64,000 bases of DNA from the human T2T-CHM13v2.0 reference genome, Homo sapiens. The notes beneath the pieces are model-generated. The model made no database searches. It had not been told where the DNA came from and worked only from the letters and a program-made list of their open reading frames with translations. Shown piece after piece: positions 57,098 to 64,000 of this stretch. Location: assembly GCF_009914755.1 (NCBI RefSeq), contig NC_060948.1. One strand, 5' to 3'. Each line of letters begins with the position of its first letter. The stretch's first letter is position 1. Made by a program: the position numbers and the translations under genes.

Positions 57098-60000
57098 GAA
57101 TTCATTGGAATGGAAGGGAATGTAGTGTAATGGACAGGCCTGGAATAAAGTGGAATGCTACGGTCTCGAATGGAATAAAAATGTATGGAATGGAATGCAA
57201 TGAAATGGAATCGAATGTCATAGAATGTAATGGAATGCAACAAAATGGAATCCAATATCATTGACTGGAAAGGCTGGGTGTCGAAAGGAATTGACTCCAA
57301 TGGAATGGAATCGAATGGAATGGAAGTGAATAGAATCGAACTAAATCGAATGGAATGGAATTGACAGGAACGGAATGGAAAGGAATGCAATGATTTGGCA
57401 TGGAATGGAATCGAATGGCATCGAATGGAATGGAATGGAATGCAATGGAATGGAATGTATTAGAATGTAATGAACTTTAATGGAATGTACTCGAATGGAT
57501 TCGACTGGAATGGAATGTTCTGGAAGTGAATGGACTCCAATGGAATGGATTCAAAAGGAATGGAATCGTACGGAATGGAATCTAATGGAATGGAATTAAA
57601 TGGAAATGAATCAAATTGAATAGCACGGAATTGAATTGAATGGAATGGAATGCAATGGAATCTAATGAAACGGAAAGGAAAGGAATGGAATGGAATGGAA
57701 TGGGCTGGAATGGAAAGGAATCGAAACGAATGGAATGGAATCGAACTGAAGAGACTGGAATGGAATGCACTGGAATGGAAGGGAGTGTAATGGAAGGTTC
57801 TCGAAAATAATGGAATCGAATGGAATGGAATTGAATGGAACGGAATAGAGTCGAATGGAATTGAATGGAATGGAATGGACTAGAGTGAAATGGAATCGAA
57901 CCACAAGGAATGGACAGGAATAGAATGGTCTCGAATTGAATGGAACCGTATGGAATGGCATCAAACGGAATGGAATGGACAGCCACGGAATGGAATGCAC
58001 TCGAATGCAATGGAGTCGAAACTAATGGACTGGAATAGAATGGACTCGACTGGTACGGACTCCAATGGAATGGAATCGAATGGAAGGGAATCGAACGGAA
58101 TGGACTCGAAGGGAAAAGACTGCAATGGAAAGGTCTCGAATGGAATGGAAATTAATGGAATGGAATGGAATCGAATGAAATGGAGTCAAAAGGAATGGAA
58201 TCGAATGGCAAGAAATCGAATGTAATGGAATCGCAAGGAATTGATGTGAACGGAACGGAATGGAATGGAATCCAAAGGAATGGAATAGAATGGAATGGAA
58301 TCGAATGGAAAGGACTCGAATGGAAATCACTCGAATAGAATGCAATTTAATAAAATAGGATCAAATGTAATGGAATGGAATGGAAAGGAATCGAAACGAA
58401 AGGAATGGAGACAGATGGAATGGAATGGAACAGAGAGCAATGGTATAGAATGGAATGGAATCATCTGGAATGGAATTGAATGGAATGGAATAATATGAAA
58501 TGGAATGGAATGGAATGGAATGGAATGCCCTTGAATTAAATGGACTGGAATGGAATGGACTCGAACAGAGTGGAATGGAAAGTGTTGAGATAGAATGGAA
58601 TGGACTCCTTTGGAATGGTCTAGTATGCAATGCAATCGACTGTCAGGGAATCAAAAGGAATGTAATCGAATGGATTAGACTGGAATGCAATGGAATCGAA
58701 TAGATTGGAAACGGAATGCAAAGGAATGGAATGGAATAGTATGGAATGGAATGGAAAGGAATGGAGTGGAATAGACTAGAGTGGAATGGAATGGACTGGA
58801 AAGCAATGGACTGGAATGGAACTTTCTTGGATGGACTGGAATCAAACGGAATGGAATGCAATGCAATCAAATGGCATGGAATAAAATAGAATGAAAGAGA
58901 ATCAAATGGAATTGAATCGAATGGAATCGAATGGATTGTAAAGGAATAGAATGGAATGGAATGGAATTGACTCAAATGGAATGGACTAGAATGGAATGGA
59001 TTCGAATGGAAGGCAAAGGAATGGAATCTATTGGAATGGACTGTAATGGAATGGAATGGAAGGGATTGGAATGGACTCGAATGGAATGGACTGCAATAGA
59101 AAGGATTCGAATGGAATGAAAAAGAATTGAATGGAATAGAACAGAATGGAATCAAATCGAATGAAATGGAATGGAATAGAAAGGAATGGAATGAAATGGA
59201 ATGGAAAGGATTCGAGTGGAATGCAATCGAATGGAATGGAATCGAACGGAATGGAATAAAATGGAAGAAAACTGGCAAGAAATGGAATCGAAATGAATGG
59301 AGTGTTATGGAACGGACTCAAAAGGAATTGAATGTAATAGAATGGAGTGGAGTGGACTCGAATATAATGAACTGGAATGGAATGAAATCACATGGAATGG
59401 GAACGAATGGAATGGAATGGAAAGGAATGGAATCGAATGGAAAGGAATCGAATGGAAGGGAATGAAATTGAATCAACAGGAATGGAAGGGAATAGAATAG
59501 ACGGTAATGGAATGGACTCGAATAGAATGGACACGAATGCTCAAATTGAATGGATTCGAATGGAATGGAAACGAAAGGAATGTCATCGAATGGAATTGAA
59601 TCGATTGGAATGAAATCGCATAGAATGGAGTGGAATCAAATGGAATTGAATCGAAAGGAAAGGAAGCGAATGGACTGAAATGAAATGGAATGGAATTGAA
59701 TGGAAAGTAATGCAATGGAATAGAATGGAACGAAATTTCACGGAATGGAATCAAACTGAATGGAATCAAATCAATGGAATCTAATCAAATGGAATGGAAA
59801 GGAATTGAATGGAGTAGATTGGATTGGATGGGATTGGAATGAAATGTACTGGAAAGGACTCGAATTTCATGAAACGGAATGGAATGAATTGGAACGGAAT
59901 GGACTCGAATGGAATGGAATGTCATGGAATGGCATCGAATGGAATGGCATCAAATGGAATGGAATCGAATGCAATGGAATGTTATGGAATGGAATGGAAT

Positions 60001-60656
60001 GCATTGGAATGGAATGTCCTCTAATGGAATGGATTCGAGTGGAATGGAATCGAATATAATGGAGTCGAATGAAATGGAATTGAAAGGAATGGGATCGAAT
60101 AGAATGGAATATACTGGAATGTAATGTAATGAACACGAATGTAATTGACTGGAATGGAATGTACATGAATGGAAGGTAATCGAATGGAAAGTAATCCAAT
60201 GGAATAGAATCTAATGCAATAAAACCGAATCAGATAGAGTAGAATGTAATGGAATGGAGTGCAGTGCAATGGAATGGAATGGAATTGAATGCAATGGAAT
60301 GGAATGGAATGGAATGGAATGGAATGGAATGGAATGGAATGGTATGGAATGGATAGTAATGGACTGGAGTGAAATGGACTGGAAAGGAATGGACTCAAAT
60401 TGAAAGGGCTCGAAAGGAATGGAGTCAAATGGAATGGTCTGGAATGGAATGAACACGAATGTAATGCAATCCAATAGAATGGAATCGAATGGCATGGAAT
60501 ATAAAGAAATGGAATCGAAGAGAATGGAAACAAATGGAATGGAATTGAATGGAATGGAATTGAATGGAATGGGAACGAATGGAGTGAAATTGTATGCAGT
60601 AGAAGGGAATAGAATGGAATGCAAGCGAAAGGAAAGGAATGGATTGGAATGGAATG
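57098..60656 (+). repeat. DYZ1 unit U17 (3559 bp)
   Basis: GAATTC at 57098 and 60657. Carries U14-like variants. Confidence 0.92.
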
Positions 60657-63600
60657 GAATTCATTGGAATGGAAGGGAATGTAGTGTAATGGACAGGCCT
60701 GGAATAAAGTGGAATGCTACGGTCTCGAATGGAATAAAAATGTATGGAATGGAATGCAATGAAACGGAATCGAATGTCATAGAATGTAATGGAATGCAAC
60801 AAAATGGAATCCAAAATCATTGACTGGAAAGGCTGGGTGTCGAAAGGAATTGACTCCAATGGAATGGAATCGAATGGAATAGAAGTGAATAGAATCGAAC
60901 TAAATCGAATGGAATGGAATTGATAGGAACGGAATGGAAAGGAATGCAATGATTTGGCATGGAATGGAATCGAATGGCATCGAATGGAATGGAATGGAAT
61001 GCAATGGAATGGAATGTATTAGAATGTAATGAACTTTAATGGAATGTACTCGAATGGATTCGACTGGAATGGAATGTTCTGGAAGTGAATGGACTCCAAT
61101 GGAATGGATTCAAAAGGAATGGAATCGTACGGAATGGAATCTAATGGAATGGAATTAAATGGAAATGAATCAAATTGAATAGCACGGAATTGAATTGAAT
61201 GGAATGGAATGCAATGGAATCTAATGAAACGGAAAGGAAAGGAATGGAATGGAATGGAATGGGCTGGAATGGAAAGGAATCGAAACGAATGGAATGGAAT
61301 CGAACTGAAGAGACTGGAATGGAATGCACTGGAATGGAAGGGAGTGTAATGGAAGGTTCTCGAAAAAAATGGAATCGAATGGAATGGAATTGAATGGAAC
61401 GGAATAGAGTCGAATGGAATTGAATGGAATGGAATGGACTAGAGTGAAATGGAATCGAACCACAAGGAATGGACAGGAATAGAATGGTCTCGAATTGAAT
61501 GGAATCGTATGGAATGGCATCAAACGGAATGGAATGGACAGCCACGGAATGGAATGCACTCGAATGCAATGGAGTCGAAACTAATGGACTGGAATAGAAT
61601 GGACTCGACTGGTACGGACTCCAATGGAATGGAATCGAATGGAAGGGAATCGAACGGAATGGACTCGAAGGGAAAAGACTGCAATGGAAAGGTCTCGAAT
61701 GGAATGGAAATTAATGGAATGGAATGGAATCGAATGAAATGGAGTCAAAAGGAATGGAATCGAATGGCAAGAAATCGAATGTAATGGAATCGCAAGGAAT
61801 TGATGTGAACGGAACGGAATGGAATGGAATCCAAAGGAATGGAATAGAATGGAATGGAATCGAATGGAAAGGACTCGAATGGAAATCACTCGAATAGAAT
61901 GCAATTTAATAAAATAGGATCAAATGTAATGGAATGGAATGGAAAGGAATCGAAACGAAAGGAATGGAGACAGATGGAATGGAATGGAACAGAGAGCAAT
62001 GGTATAGAATGGAATGGAATCATCTGGAATGGAATTGAATGGAATGGAATAATATGAAATGGAATGGAATGGAATGGAATGGAATGCCCTTGAATTAAAT
62101 GGACTGGAATGGAATGAACTCGAACAGAGTGGAATGGAAAGTGTTGAGATAGAATGGAATGGACTCCTTTGGAATGGTCTAGTATGCAATGCAATCGACT
62201 GTCAGGGAATCAAAAGGAATGTAATCGAATGGATTGGACTGGAATGCAATGGACTCGAATAGATTGGAAACGGAATGCAAAGGAATGGAATGGAATAGTA
62301 TGGAATGGAATGGAAAGGAATGGAGTGGAATAGACTAGAGTGGAATGGAATGGACTGGAAAGCAATGGACTGGAATGGAACTTTCTTGGATGGACTGGAA
62401 TCAAACGGAATGGAATACAATGCAATCAAATGGCATGGAATAAAATAGAATGAAAGAGAATCAAATGGAATTGAATCGAATGGAATCGAATGGATTGTAA
62501 AGGAATAGAATGGAATGGAATGGAATTGACTCAAATGGAATGGACTAGAATGGAATGGATTCGAATGGAAGGCAAAGGAATGGAATCTATTGGAATGGAC
62601 TGTAATGGAATGGAATGGAAGGGATTGGAATGGACTCGAATGGAATGGACTGCAATAGAAAGGATTCGAATGGAATGAAAAAGAATTGAATGGAATAGAA
62701 CAGAATGGAATCAAATCGAATGAAATGGAATGGAATAGAAAGGAATGGAATGAAATGGAATGGAAAGGATTCGAATGGAATGCAATCGAATGGAATGGAA
62801 TCGAACGGAATGGAATAAAATGGAAGAAAACTGGCAAGAAATGGAATCGAAATGAATGGAGTGTTATGGAACGGACTCAAAAGGAATTGAATGTAATAGA
62901 ATGGAGTGGAGTGGACTCGAATATAATGGACTGGAATGGAATGAAATCACATGGAATGGGAACGAATGGAATGGAATGGAAAGGAATGGAATCGAATGGA
63001 AAGGAATCGAATGGAAGGGAATGAAATTGAATCAACAGGAATGGAAGGGAATAGAATAGACGGTAATGGAATGGACTCGAATAGAATGGACACGAATGCT
63101 CAAATTGAATGGATACGAATGGAATGGAAACGAAAGGAATGTCATCGAATGGAATTGAATCGATTGGAATGAAATCGCATAGAATGGAGTGGAATCAAAT
63201 GGAATTGAATCGAAAGGAAAGGAAGCGAATGGACTGAAATGAAATGGAATGGAATTGAATGGAAAGTAATGCAATGGAATAGAATGGAACGAAATTTCAC
63301 GGAATGGAATCAAACTGAATGGAATCAAATCAATGGAATCTAATCAAATGGAATGGAAAGGAATTGAATGGAGTAGATTGGATTGGATGGGATTGGAATG
63401 AAATGTACTGGAAAGGACTCGAATTTCATGAAACGGAATGGAATGAATTGGAACGGAATGGACTCGAATGGAATGGAATGTCATGGAATGGCATCGAATG
63501 GAATGGCATCAAATGGAATGGAATCGAATGCAATGGAATGTTATGGAATGGAATGGAATGCATTGGAATGGAATGTCCTCTAATGGAATGGATTCGAGTG

Positions 63601-64000
63601 GAATGGAATCGAATATAATGGAGTCGAATGAAATGGAATTGAAAGGAATGGGATCGAATAGAATGGAATATACTGGAATGTAATGTAATGAACACGAATG
63701 TAATTGACTGGAATGGAATGTACATGAATGGAAGGTAATCGAATGGAAAGTAATCCAATGGAATAGAATCTAATGCAATAAAACCGAATCAGATAGAGTA
63801 GAATGTAATGGAATGGAGTGCAGTGCAATGGAATGGAATGGAATTGAATGCAATGGAATGGAATGGAATGGAATGGAATGGAATGGAATGGAATGGTATG
63901 GAATGGATAGTAATGGACTGGAGTGAAATGGACTGGAAAGGAATGGACTCAAATTGAAAGGGCTCGAAAGGAATGGAGTCAAATGGAATGGTCTGGAATG
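60657..64000 (+). repeat. DYZ1 unit U18 (truncated by the window end)
   Basis: GAATTC at 60657. Colinear with the other units up to the window end; carries U14/U17-like variants. Confidence 0.9.

Larger units (their letters stand above)
1..64000 (+). repeat. DYZ1: Human satellite 3 (HSat3) array, DYZ1-type ~3.56-kb repeat (Yq12 heterochromatin), GGAAT strand on +
   Basis: The entire window consists of degenerate GGAAT pentamers (GGAAT, CGAAT, GGACT, GCAAT, TGAAT, AGAAT). Unique landmarks (GAATTC, GGACAGGCCTGG, GGCTGGGTGTCG, GGACAGCCACGG, GAAGAAAACTGGC) recur every 3529-3574 bp, most often 3559-3569. A 3564-bp EcoRI unit with one HaeIII site is the established description of DYZ1. Orientation is the same throughout. 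Confidence 0.96.

Noticed and set aside
2-63982. Hundreds of ORFs of 60-318 aa (MEWNG-rich on +, FHSIP-rich on -)
   Set aside because: (GGAAT)n and (ATTCC)n contain no stop codons in any frame and translate to MEWNG and FHSIP. The ORFs overlap in all frames and on both strands, break at random between units, and show no domain or codon structure.
150-64000. CRISPR-like or other repeat-spacer architecture
   Set aside because: There are no unique spacers and no cas genes; the apparent spacers are themselves degenerate pentamers repeated in every unit.
1-64000. DYZ2/Alu/L1 insertion or an inversion within the array
   Set aside because: I looked for these and found none: no non-pentamer sequence, poly(A) tail, AT-rich DYZ2 block or switch to the ATTCC strand.
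1-64000. Assignment to HSat2 or to a non-Y HSat3 subfamily
   Set aside because: It lacks the HSat2 CATTCGATTC-dominated 23/26-bp structure, and the ~3564-bp EcoRI/HaeIII periodicity is characteristic of DYZ1.

Overview
The whole 64 kb window is one uninterrupted tandem satellite array of degenerate GGAAT/ATTCC pentamers, organised as a ~3.56-kb repeat. There are 17 complete EcoRI-to-EcoRI units of 3529-3574 bp plus partial units at both ends. The modal 3564-bp unit, the single EcoRI site and the single AGGCCT (HaeIII/StuI) site per unit match human satellite 3 DYZ1 from Yq12 heterochromatin. I see no credible genes, RNA genes, transposons, DYZ2 blocks or inversions; every ORF in the track is a translation artefact of the pentamer. 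The informative structure lies inside the satellite. (1) Each unit carries three perfect in-register heat-shock elements (nGAAnnTTCnnGAAn), about 49 in the window by manual count. (2) Shared variants define unit subfamilies, including a 7138-bp two-unit duplication, a 7103-bp alternation, a 10692-bp three-unit relationship and chimeric units. (3) Length variation comes almost entirely in multiples of 5 bp, from a variable (GGAAT)n tract and five separate 15-bp indels. (4) One unit has a compensating -1/+1 indel pair, a lost HaeIII site and a dense mutation cluster. All counts are by eye and should be confirmed by alignment.
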